Source: Eledone cirrhosa (taxonomy: Eukaryota). Taken from it: DNA of 64,000 bases. The stretch spans positions 56,730,001-56,794,000 of the forward strand of contig OZ024742.1 of the NCBI GenBank assembly GCA_964016885.1. The letters are read 5' to 3'. Every line of letters begins with the position of its first letter. The stretch's first letter is position 1. This document shows positions 38,902 through 52,004 of the stretch, piece by piece. Position numbers and translations under genes: made by a program. The notes beneath the pieces were generated by a model. It saw only the letters and a program-made list of their open reading frames with translations, searched no databases and had not been told where the DNA came from.

Positions 38902-39581
38902 AGTAAAAAAGATAGCCCCGATAATAAACACATTAAAAGCTACAGCAATGTGGAAGACATCCATGTACATAATATGAAAGAGTACTGGTGGAATGTTCCA
39001 GTAAAAACCCCAATAAAATGCAGGCATAACAGACCAGATATTATGATATGGGACAGGGAGAAGAAAGCATGCACAGTAGTGGAAATTAGCTGCCCAGCAG
39101 ATGCCAATATAATATCAAAGATTTACGAAAAGGAGAATATTTATGCAGAACTGATGAGAAATCTGCAGATACTCCACCCTGATTAAACCTTCAGATTTAT
39201 GCCTGTGATTATTGGGGCACTCGGGTATGTTAGTAACTGCCTCAATACAAATTTTGAGAAACTAGGCTTCACAGGAACAGAAAAAACTCAACTAGTTAGG
39301 AAATTACAAGTACAATCCATTAATGGAAGAGTAAAAATATGTAAAACATTCCAGAAATTTTGGATCTAATAACTGCATATACACATGTACAGATACAAAG
39401 CATATACACATGCACACATACAACTCAAAACATCCACATCCACACAAACAATAATATCCATGCATACATAATCTACCTAGTTGATGTTGCGTAAATTCCA
39501 ATGAAAGAGTCTTGTATCTATGGTAGAGACCGACTTTCTCTCTATTGGGGAAAAATAAGTGAAATTATAAAACCAGACGAA
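38902..39581 (+). mobile_element. R4-like RLE retrotransposon 3' fragment in (CATA)n
   Basis: KEYWWN.PVKT..KC.HNRPDIMIWD...VVEISCPAD...EKE..Y...PVIIGALG...KICKTF. Ends AAACCAGACGAA then a CATA-type repeat. Confidence 0.9.
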
Positions 39582-39727
39582 TATACATACATACTATGAG
39601 CGAGGATATATCAGTGCATATATTGTGTATGTTATATAATCATACTTCACATAAATGTTATGTGCAATATATTCTTGTACAAGTAAATTCAATTACAGTA
39701 TGTATTTCTCTCACTCTCACTCTCTCT

Positions 39728-39770
<43 letters not shown>

Positions 39771-39870
39771 TATATCATACATATATATATCATACATATA
39801 TATATATCATACACATATATATCATACATATATACGCACGTACATACATATACGTACATATATATATACG

Positions 39871-39919
<49 letters not shown>

Positions 39920-40299
39920 GGAGAGAGAGAGGGAGAGAGAGAGGGGGAGAAAGAGGAAGAGAGAGAGAGACATATCAGTATGCAAATGAAGCATATGTAT
40001 ACTGAATAATGATAGTATTAACATGTAAGTCATATGTTTAGGCAGTATAACCATCTATTCCTACCTCATTATACATATACAGTGACAAAACATGGGAACA
40101 TCCTTTTAAACTTACGTCATATACAAATGGCATTGTTTTTTCTTGCTTGTATGGTACATACAAGCAAGTATTTTTGGAGTAAATCTATCGTCGCCTCTAG
40201 TGCCATTTTTAATGTTCTTGCACTATAACTGTTACATATTATAACGTATTTCTCAATATAATTTTATTTCGTATGTATATCTCTATGAATATCTATATT

Positions 40300-40342
<43 letters not shown>

Positions 40343-40590
40343 GGGGAGGAAGAGACAGGAAGACAGCGAGACAGAGAGATTAATAAATCACATGAATACA
40401 CCAATTTACGCAATTGAAGGATTAATATTTATTACTGACGCGTGTTTCGTTAATATGCAAGTGAACACGTCTAGAACCGCTAATCCGGGGTATGTTTTTG
40501 GAGAATTCGAATTCGAATTCGAGTATTCTGCTTCAACAGTTTTACATATCAGCTTGTCAATATATAACAATGTTTTTATTCACACATATT

Positions 40591-40629
<39 letters not shown>

Positions 40630-40632
40630 CAT

Positions 40633-40716
<84 letters not shown>

Positions 40717-41054
40717 GCAAGTATTGCACCAAGAAAAATATAAACCTCGGCGTGAAAGAAGGTTTTGGAATTTATTTGCTTTGACATATGTTTCTGTGTC
40801 TATTATAATCGTCTACATATGCTGACTACAATATATATTGTTCAATCATATGCAATACTTAATTATTTATCACACTTCATCAGAAAATCTATAATAGTGG
40901 AAGTGACTATTCAGTACGCGGTCAATTCAGGAATGGAATTTTCGTTTAGAGAAAGTCTAGAAGGCTGTCTAAATGTTTATTTATTAAGCATACCGTATGT
41001 CAAGAGATATACGAAATTCACATAGTTGTGTGTGTGTATATATATACATATATG

Positions 41055-41088
<34 letters not shown>

Positions 41089-41362
41089 TATGAAAAGAGA
41101 AAGTGTGTACGACATTAAACATACATCTAGTAAACTTCACTAGAACTTTCGCGTTACACGCTAACAAAGGCATCTTCTGATTGCAATCTAATGGAGAAAT
41201 CGTTATGAAAGAGTTACTGTTTGGAAACCATATTATGGGGATTTTCATAATTAAATACTATGACAAATATTCAGTTTTTCAGTGGTACACTCTACAAAAG
41301 GACTTTCATAAATAACAGTCAAATTTATTAAATAAACTGAGTAATAAATAAATATAAGAATG

Positions 41363-41441
<79 letters not shown>

Positions 41442-41716
41442 CCTATGTATACTTATATATAAATAGATGAATATATTGAACTATCTACATATTATATGTT
41501 AATATTATAAAAACACGTAAAAACATACTAATTTAAATATTAACCTTGATTAAGTAAGTGAATGTCATATATTTGCTGTTTTTCGATATCGGTTTTTCCT
41601 TTTGTTCAACAAAATACAAAGGCGCACATTTCAATAAATATATATGTATGTGTATATTTGTGTGTATGTTTATATATAAGTGATATATATGTTTATATAT
41701 GTGATATATATGTATA

Positions 41717-41806
<90 letters not shown>

Positions 41807-41828
41807 TATATATAAACATACATATATA

Positions 41829-41888
<60 letters not shown>

Positions 41889-43056
41889 GACTTTAAATTG
41901 ATTTTCGTCTTGTTAAGCGGGACACAAAGGAGAATGTACATATATATGGGTGCGTACACCGAAACTCATGTATATATATAAATATATATACCTCTGTATC
42001 TTTGTGTGTGTGTGTAAGAAGAAATTAAATTGCAATTGATTATCGACATCGACATACAAATTTAACCTCACTCAATAATACATTTGCTTTTAGTAGTCGA
42101 GGGGAAAGTTTTCTACTAGTTAGACAGTTCCATTTTTGTTTCGAAGTAAATATAAATATTTGTATAAATATGTATGTATATATGTATGTATATGTGTGTG
42201 CGCGTGTGTGTGTTTAAGTATATTTATATATATATATAGGTTTTCATGTATGCATATTCAATTATAAATATGTGTAAAGACACATACTTATACATATATA
42301 TACATATATGTAGAGTTATACATACATATATGTAGAGTTATACACACACATATATATAAATATATATGTGTGTATGTGTGCGCGTGTGTGTGTGCATATG
42401 TGTGTGTGTGTGTGTGTGTGTGTTTGTGTGTTTGTGTTTGAACATTTATATGTATGTCTGTATGTCTTTGTATATTATAGGGGGATATTTGTAACGGAAA
42501 TATTGATAGAAGAGGAAATTTCCTGAATCGCAGTTATTTAGGAAGATTCAAATTCTAATTCAATCTATACAATATACCTTATAAATTGAGTCTCTCATCG
42601 TTTCTGAACGCCATTTTACCAATGTTTTCTTCTGTCTTGGTCCCTTCTTTTCCTTTTCTCTCTCCCTCTCCCCTTTCTTTTCTATCTCTTTCTATCTCTC
42701 TATCTTTCTACCTATCTATCCATCTGTTTATTTATACATCTATCTTTCTGGGGTTGCTGAATAGCAGGACCACACTGAAACGTGGTGCAGTATTTTATTG
42801 TGGGTCTCACATAAGCAGTATAAACTGTTTGTAGTTTGATGCAGGGTGCAGAATTTTGTGCGCCGGTTGTAAAATTAGTAAATTTGTGAAACTTTAACTG
42901 TTACTTATTTGATTTGAGATAACACCTCAGGAGTAGTATCGCTTTTAATTTGATTTCACATAATGGAGGAAATATAACTCAATAAAAGTTCTGAAATTTA
43001 TGTCTGTCTGGGAAACATAGAGGTATTTAAAAGATTGAATACACCTTTATAAGATA

Positions 43057-44062
43057 CTAGAAGTAAAGCCGGGCGTTGCTCGGGCTGCTCAGTAGCTGTG
43101 TTAAAGTTACAATGTTAAGTTCCTTTCTTGGCTTAAAAACTGTAGAGTCTACAGTGTAGACTTTCATGTGGTACTTTTTATTAATATTCCCTCAACCAAC
43201 AGTTTGCCTTATGAAGTTAAGAAAACATAAGAAGATGCTGGGGATAAAAACTGCACTGGTAATCTATTGACAAAAATCGAAAATGTAAACACTGCAACAT
43301 TTGTCTCAGAGAAAAACATCAGCGTAACCAATCTATCAGTTATTTTGAAACAAAGAAATTGGATGGACATGAAAAACAAACAAAAAAAAATGCGTTATCT
43401 GTCTGTCGTTTAAAATCATTGCTTCTAAATGAAAATCTCATAAGGCTTTATTCGAGATAAATGCTTTCCTTACAAAATATTTGCTTGTTTTCCGGTGTAG
43501 GACATGAAAAACAAACAAAAAAAAATGCGTTATCTGTCTGTCGTTTAAAATCATTGCTTCTAAATGAAAATCTCATAAGGTTTTATTCGAGATAAATACT
43601 TTTTTTACAAAATATTTGCTTGTTTTACGGTGTATTCAAATAGGCTTGTTTTCAAATAAAAATATTGTTTTAAAAGACTTTTTAATGGAAATGAAGCAAA
43701 ATGGAAGCTTAATGTTGAAACTTCGAACTCGTGAATTTTGCAGGTTAAAATTTTGCTGGTCCGAAAACTGTTCGTGTATTTTTGTACTTTTGCACGCGTA
43801 GTATAGGATGACGCCATAACACGGAAATAACTCGTCTCTCATCTCTATTTATACATTTGAACTGAAAAATGAATACATTACAAATTCGATTTTTGCACTT
43901 GGCGTGGGTCGGTTTGAAAATGTTTTTTGATCGATGTGTCCGCCGGGCCTTCATCTATAAGTGTAGTAATTTCACCGAAATTTGAACGTACGGTTTAGGA
44001 GGAGATGTGTGCCGACCGTTTTAGTAGACAGACAGACGACCTCAGTTTTATATATATATAGA
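43057..44062 (-). mobile_element. Non-autonomous Helitron
   Basis: The minus strand runs A|TCTATATA...(TGTC)n...hairpin GCCCGAGCAACGCCCGGC...CTAG|T. Internal ~135-bp tandem duplication at 43365-43635. Confidence 0.85.
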
Positions 44063-45181
44063 TTATAGTAAGAACTCTTGTGACGGTGCGTGTTCATCAG
44101 CTCACGAGATTAAGAACTCGTGTTCCATTCCCTTTGTTAAGAGATTAAGTTCTAGCAAACAATGGAAACACATGACAATTATACTAATTACACATCAGAA
44201 AGATTAGAAAGCTATATCTACTTCACTCCACTCAACTGGTAAAAATTAGTTATACCTGCAATTCAATGAGCCAACCTTTTTACACATTGTGAGAGGCTTA
44301 ATCTCCCAGAAATATTCATTAAATGTTCGTGTGTGTTAATTTTACAAACCTGCTGTTCCATTGTTCGATCACTCGTCTTCTAAATCGACAAAGGTTCAAA
44401 ACATACGTAGCAAGCATTTAGTAAAACAACTCTGAGGGTTGATTATTGTTTCCCACAGAAGCTAATTCAATTGAATTACTTTGTTAATGACTTTCACACT
44501 ATGATGTAAGTTTCACAATGTCAATCATTAAAAAAAATATGAATAAACTTTATGAACTCCTTGTGCTATGTAAATGCATAAACCTTAGATACATCCATAA
44601 ATATAGTTAATGTATAGAATTACATCAACACCTTTGAAAACCGGGAATATTAATAGAATATTTGAACAATAAAGCCAAAACCAAAATTTCTGAGAATACA
44701 GAGAAACTGAACGGTTTTGTTTAGCTTGCATAATTGTTTTGCGAATATCTCATAAACGCGCCAGGGAACAAAATATTTATTGCAGTAACATTTGTATTAA
44801 CGTTAATTTTGTGGCTGCTTTAAAAATATATTATCTATGATGTATATGCCTTGAAATATGTCAAACTTTCGAAATAAATACCTCAACTTATTTTTTTTTT
44901 AAATTTGGCTTTTACAAAATCCACTTTAAAGTCAAAGAGAGAATACACGACAGTGTAAAAATGTGCTAAGTATCCGGAAAGTATTCGAATCTACAATCTG
45001 GATTCTAATCAATTTTGTCACGCTTTCTATAATCGGCGTTTATTGTGATGCAATTATCTAAGTAGAAGAATTATGTAGGAAAAATAGATATGAATCTAAA
45101 ATCACCTATTTATATATATATACACGTATATAAAGAGAGAGGAGAGAGAGAGAGAGAGAGTGTAGGGGGGGATAAATAAGC

Positions 45182-45226
<45 letters not shown>

Positions 45227-45254
45227 TAGTTACAACATATATATGTGTGTGAAA

Positions 45255-45915
45255 TCCAGATTCAAAACGGATGTAACCGTGGTAAGTAAGGTACTCAATA
45301 CATTAGTAATGTAATATAGAAATGACTAGAACTGTTTTATTCAACAGAAATCATTCTAGTCCTGTAGAAGAATTTCTATATTAAACATTATATATATATA
45401 CATACACATGCTTATCTGTCTCTATATAGAGATAGACAGACAGAGAACCCCACTCTCCATCTCACCGTGCATTTCCTATTCCCATGATTAGTGGACTCCC
45501 TAGTCTCACCACCGCAATTCAATTCAATATATATATATATATATATATATATGTAAAAAATTATCTGTGAATATATATATATATATATTATTCAGTTGAA
45601 GAAAGTTGGTTGTTCAAAAATGTGCCGATTTTTCTTAACAGCCGTGAAGCGTTCCTTAGGTTTGTATTCTTTAGGATTTTCTCCGAAAGGTATCATCCGG
45701 AGTTTTAGTACAATAAATAAGAGGGACGGTTTTAGTCGTACATTATCATTTTATTATCTAGATAATAAAATGAAGATGTACGAATAAAACCGATGATTTC
45801 TCACGAATTAAACAGTTCTAGTCCTGTAGAAGCATTTCTATATTAAATATTTATACTCTGCTATGTATTTGAGTACCTTATTTACTGTGATTACCCCCGA
45901 TTGAACCCGGGATAA
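45255..45915. repeat. Two degenerate family A hammerhead/terminal fragments (45255-45390 and 45790-45915)
   Basis: GATGATTTC TCAC GAATTAAACAGTTCTAGTCCTGTAGAAGC and the family A tail. Confidence 0.65.
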
Positions 45916-45929
45916 ACTTATATATACAC

Positions 45930-46050
<121 letters not shown>

Positions 46051-46508
46051 ATATATTGTCTGTATACGTGTTATAGCGCGTCTGTTTAGAAAGAGAGATA
46101 TGTCTCCAATAGCTGCAATATTTGCATGAAAGACTTCACAACTGAGATTCTGATCACAAATACAAGTAACGCCAGAGAGAATATATAAACCTCATATGTA
46201 ATGCCATAGAGATTATATAAACCATATAAGTAATGCCACAGAAAACAGATTTATAAGCCACATGTGTAATGTCAGCATAAACAGATGTATGTCACATATG
46301 TAATGCCAAATAACACATATGTATAAGTCACATGTGTCATGCCCAGGAGAATTTATGAAAAAAAACAATGATGAAAAAAAATGACTAAAAATAAGTGAAT
46401 ATCGGAAAACTGAACTATACCTGAATCGTTTTATCTACAACATAAAATTTACTTGCAAGAAACCAAGCAGATATAGCATATATATACATAGGTATACACA
46501 CACGTGCA

Positions 46509-46550
<42 letters not shown>

Positions 46551-46555
46551 CATAC

Positions 46556-46626
<71 letters not shown>

Positions 46627-46964
46627 CATATATATATATATGAGGATTGGTGCTCTGAAATGAATGTACGTATAGTGTATTTGGCAATATACCGTATGTT
46701 TAATTAAAAACATTTTGAAGACCCTGCGCTATCATTTTTAAAGTAGTGACTATGTCACTTACTTCTTTTTTTAAATATGTTACCAAACAGTGCTGGCCTT
46801 GTGCCTAAAGTAGAAACAGTTATTTATATCATAAATAATTTAGAAATGTTTCATCCTCGCGGGTCTCCTCGGAATTAACCAGCAAGTTCATCTTTTTCAA
46901 ACGCACAATAATCTGTAGAACGTTCAGTTTTTATATTTGAAAACGAATTTCTTTGTATGTATAT

Positions 46965-47038
<74 letters not shown>

Positions 47039-47959
47039 ATGTGTGTGTGTGCGTGTGTGTGTGTGTCTGTGTGCGTGCGTGTGTGTGTAAATCTGAGTTT
47101 TTTTTTATATTAATAATAATATTCGATTAATTTGAAATTATGCAAACAGCCTCTTTCAGCCATGTCCGTAGAATGACATCTTCATTTTGCTCTTGTGTTG
47201 GCATATTAACAGAATGGCATATATAAGTGTATATATATGTGTGTATTATATACGAGGCTAACACTATGTAGAGGGCTAGTTAGCTATAGATCTCCCATAC
47301 TTTCTTTAGAAAACAATCCCATACTATCTTCGTGCGTATTAACTATGAGCATCATTCATTCTGTCTCCAACCGTAACTTTATTTTATCTCATGTTATTTT
47401 ATTTGTCAACTTTGATTCTCACTTTTACCTGCCCCCCTTAGTATGTATTATTTAGTAGCTAGCCTAATTCTATTATCACTACTGTCACTGAAGCTACAAT
47501 CTTTTATACTGATCCCTACTACCTCATCCTGTTTAACAGAGATCTTAGTGGTAGAGCCTTGACTGTTATTGTTGTTACTTTATTTAACTCAATCTCCCAC
47601 CACTACCGCATTCTAAGGTTGACTATCATGTAACCCCCTACTGTAAGTATATACAAATGACCTGTTTGTTGTGGGGTTTAGATGAACATTGACGTACATA
47701 TATGTCAATACTCATCTTTTTCCTCATTTCTTAGAGGGTTCTAAATCCCACTATAAGGCTAAAATTTCTTTAGTCAATAAATACGGCGAAAGCTACTATT
47801 TCTGTTATATATACATTTATATATATTCTTCTTCTCTCACTTATATTCATGAGTGGGTCGTGGGTGTAGAGTCCTCAAACACCCCTCCAGCGGGTCATGT
47901 CAGAAACAACCGTCTCCGACTGATCCAGCTGGGTCTCCTGTCGGTTGATTTTGCCCGTA

Positions 47960-48730
47960 AAATCTGTTCAGCGATCGTATTCTTTCGGTCAATCCCCAAA
48001 ATTCATGACCTTAAGTAAGGGTTGGCATGAATACCGATTTGAAGATAGTGAGTTTGGCTTTTACACCTACCTCCATTTTCTTATTACCGAATACTGAAGC
48101 TGATGAATTAAGGCACCAGCTCCTGCAATTCTTGCACTTAATTCAGTCTCCTGCCTTCTATCAATTGTGAACAGGGCCCCGAGATACTTGAGCCTCTCCA
48201 CCTGCTTCAGTGGAACTCCACTCACATGTAAAGTGCACTGCACTCAATTTCTGCAACAGTGATTTTCATTCCAGCCATGCAGCACTCGGAATCAAACCTA
48301 TCAAGTGCAAGTCAGAGATCACCCTCTGTTGAGTTAAGTAACTCCATGTCGTCTGCAAATTCCATCCGACAGATTTTATACCTGCCAGCCATGTCACCAC
48401 TTCCAACCCGGCTACGCATGTCAATTCTGTTCAAGAAAATAATTGTTTCTACTTTTTGGCACAAGGCTAGTAATTACCCCAGTGCATTACTGGTACTTTA
48501 TTTTATCGACCCCGTAAGGATGAAAGGCAAAGTTTACTTCGGCGGGATTTGAACTCAGAATGGCAAGGGCCGTAACTCTATGCGTCAAAGCATGGCGTCC
48601 GACCCTCTACCGATACTGCCAATCCACCACCCCCTGTTCAAGGAAATAATTAACAGGAGAGATGACAGTACGCACACTTGGCCGAGTCCAACTCGCACAT
48701 TAAATGGTTTCGATTTAGCACCATTTATCC
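47960..48730 (-). mobile_element. Degenerate RTE-X-like LINE fragment interrupted by a SINE (48445-48633, minus, 18-bp TSD)
   Basis: EFADDM, AGMKI and LKQVERLKYLG motifs. TSD CTGTTCAAG(A/G)AAATAATT. Confidence 0.75.
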
Positions 48731-50992
48731 GGGTACATTTATCGGACATTTATCGCCATTTATCGGACATTCGTATAGAGACATCTGTATGTGTGTGTAT
48801 GTATCCATGAATGTTTATATAGATGTGTGTATGTATGAATGTATGCATGTTTGTATGTATAGCAGTGTGTGTGTATGCGAAAATGTGGATAACCATTCAC
48901 TATGTTTTTGTTGTTGCTTTATGTTATTAACTATATTTACTTTCTCATTAAAATGAAATATGTTAAATCTCTTTAAATTGCATTACAAAGTTTCACCTTT
49001 TCACCGAATACTTAATACATCGTTATTAATTCCATTCGATGTTCTGTATTATGATATACATTTACTCGCGATGTTGTGCAGAGTATTCTACATTATGATA
49101 TACCATTATATATACATACATTTTATACAGAGTTCTGCTTTATCATTTATCATTAAACACAGCGTCGTATAGAGAATTCTACGTTATGATATATATCGTT
49201 AAATACAGTGCATAAAGAGCTCTACTTTATGACATGTATTATTAAACACAGTTTTGTATAGAGTGTCCTACAATATGATATCTCATTATATATTATGATG
49301 TATAATTGTATGTATGGTGCCATAGTATGTATGGTGCCATAGATTTGAACAAAGAGCCAGAACGAATACCGGAAAACGTTCTGTCCGACGTTATAACGAC
49401 TCTACCAATTCACCGCCTTGATATAACATTATACATGTGGTTGTATATAATGTACTTAAATTGTTTTGACACCCATAAATAGGGGTTAAATTTCTAAATT
49501 AACAACAACTCTACTTATGTCACATAACTCGGATTCAAATTTCTCCCTCCCACACACACACACTTTATTTATTCTTCATAGATTCTCTTTCTTCCAATTT
49601 CTCAAACAACTCATCCCTTTTTTCATATTTAGTTAATTGAAAGAGAACCTTGTCTCATTATTTCAAATATGTTGAAATTCTTTCAATATATTATACACTC
49701 TAATATATTTATTACAGCACATTCGCTCTCCTCATAATATGTTTAGCCGTTCACACTTCGACTCCTACTAAATAACTTACACTTCTTTTTAGCTTTTGTT
49801 CAATGATTAACATTAAATTTTTGGCCCCCCCCCCCCCCCACACACACACACAGTAGACTTCATTAATTCAATAATACCCCTATAACTTTTAGAGTTAAAC
49901 CAATTTTGCATGAATCTATACTACTTTACAACTTTACACTGTGAACAATTTCATTTAATTTTACTAAATTCTGTAACCTATAAATTCACTTTCCATTCAG
50001 ATCGTCAAACACTTTCGTTTTCTGTATCAGCCCCATCTTTAAACTGTAGGTATAGTATACCTATAAGTAAACTTAGAAATATTCCGATATCAGTTACATG
50101 ATATCGGATTTTCTTAAAACTCTAAATAGTTTTATGTATTAAAATCGATCCATTAGATAACTAAAACATTGTTGGCTAATGGAATTTAATAGTCACTTTC
50201 CAAATCCTTTCTTTGAATTTAAGATTATAACCAATGTTTATATATCGGACATATGATAAATATTGGATTAAACGGTCATAATTTCGAAATTTCCCCCATA
50301 CTATCTACAATCTCCGACACTCTCAATGTTCTTCCCGCTGCCATTTTTTTTTCCTTTTTTTACCCTTAACTTCGTTCTTTAGAGCATATGTTATCAGACT
50401 TAAGAATAGGTTTCTTGTGTATAGATGTGCAGTATTGTTTGGGTTGTGTCGATTGTGCTTTGTGTGAATTGCTCTAGCGATGCAGTGTCGGCTAACAAAT
50501 GTGTTGCATTTATTTATTGCGTATGGGTGTATTGGAGTGTATGTGTAGTGATAATTGTGTCATTTTATTACTTGTTCATTGTGTATTGTATGCAATGGGG
50601 GTAGGCAGTGTAAGGTGTGATATGTGATATTAAATTGAATGCGTCATACGTTGGGTTTTTGCTCTACTTTGCACTAATAGTGGTCAAGGTTGTTAACAAT
50701 ATTAGGATTTGTATATTTTGAATATTTGTATTCATATGATGTTATCATACCTATTAATGCAATAACCATTGGTAAAGTATTCAATTTTAAACGACAGATT
50801 TTACATTGTTTGTAATATTGTTGCTGTTGATGTTGCTGTTCTTGTTCTAGTTGTTGTCGTTCTCGAGGCTGTTGTTATCATTATTGTTGTTTTGTTGTTA
50901 TCATCATCATCATCATCATCATCATTATCATCATCATCATCATCATCACCATCATCCTCATCATCATTATTGTTATTATTACTATTATCATT

Positions 50993-51180
50993 AGGGCGGT
51001 GGATTGGCAGTATCGGTAGAGGGTTGGACGCCATGCTTTCCAGCATAGTTACGTCCCTTTACGATCTGAGTTCAAATCCCGCCGAGGTTGACTTTGCCTT
51101 TCATCCTTACGGGGTCGATAAAATAAAGTACCAGTAATGCACTGGGTAATTGCTGGCCTTGTGCCTAAAGTAGAAACAAT
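50993..51180 (+). mobile_element. Full-length tRNA-derived SINE with Nin/Deu-like central domain
   Basis: A and B boxes, GACTTTGCCTTTCATCCTTACGGGGTCGATAAAATAAAGTACC, and TSD ATTATTACTATTATCATT. Confidence 0.9.
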
Positions 51181-51199
51181 TATTACTATTATCATTGTT

Positions 51200-51643
51200 C
51201 TTTGAGTCTCAGTCATTGATGTTATTAACTGGAAAGTTTGTTGAAATTAATATCAAGCCACTACCTGCAACCTCAGATAGTCAGGACGTATCAGGAGGGT
51301 GGGGGGGTCTTACTGTTCCCAGCAAGCATGCCTTTTGAAGTGTTCCAAAAAGCGGGGCTGGACTAATCTTCTTTAATCATCCTTGGAAACTCTTTGAGAT
51401 AGTACCTGACAGTTCTATTCAATTCTTTCGTCCAGTTGGTTCTTGTCCCTTTCCTTCTTCATCCTCCAACACCAGCAGTATTTGGATGACAGCCAGGTCC
51501 CTGCTTCTGGGCCAGGGACAACTTGCTGGGTGAGAGTCTTTCACATGACGTTCCAGTCTCCTTTTCACCGTTATTCGAACTGTTTAGGTTCGGCATTTAA
51601 ACACTCATATCGAGGATTGGTGAATGTATGGTTACATAACAAC
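51200..51643 (-). mobile_element. Internally deleted R4/Dong derivative
   Basis: 51409-51643 matches the ORF start region (55313-55545) and 51200-51407 matches the 3' end. Confidence 0.9.
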
Positions 51644-51697
<54 letters not shown>

Positions 51698-51698
<1 letters not shown>

Positions 51699-51980
51699 AG
51701 TTGCAGTTATCTTGCTTTATGTTCATACGAGTTATCACCAAGTCACAACCAGTGACCTCAAGAGACAACAAGGTCTGCCATGTTCAAGAAAGAACATACA
51801 AACACATGCATCTTTAGGTGTTTAGACTTGTGATGTACTTATATTGACAGAATCTTCCTTAGTATATGGGCAGTTCCCATTAGTACTATCTTTTGTATTT
51901 CTCCTATACGCGGGTTTCCTTGGATTTGCGATAAGTAATCATTCCTAGAGCGCCTACAACCACTGGTATTGTTTTAGTTT
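51698..51980 (-). mobile_element. Second R4-clade family, 3' fragment in (TAA)n
   Basis: KTIPVVVGALGMI...GNPRIGEIQKIVLMGTAHILRKILSI* with an unrelated 3' UTR. Confidence 0.85.
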
Positions 51981-52004
51981 ATTGTTATTATTATTATTAT
52001 TATT

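Noticed and set aside
44350-44435. Possible minus-strand host exon (CAG...CAG|GTTTGT)
   Set aside because: All three frames contain stops, and there is no other support.
46165-46345. ~32-bp GTAATGCCA repeats resembling a CRISPR array
   Set aside because: Degenerate minisatellite without unique spacers, in eukaryotic context with no cas genes.
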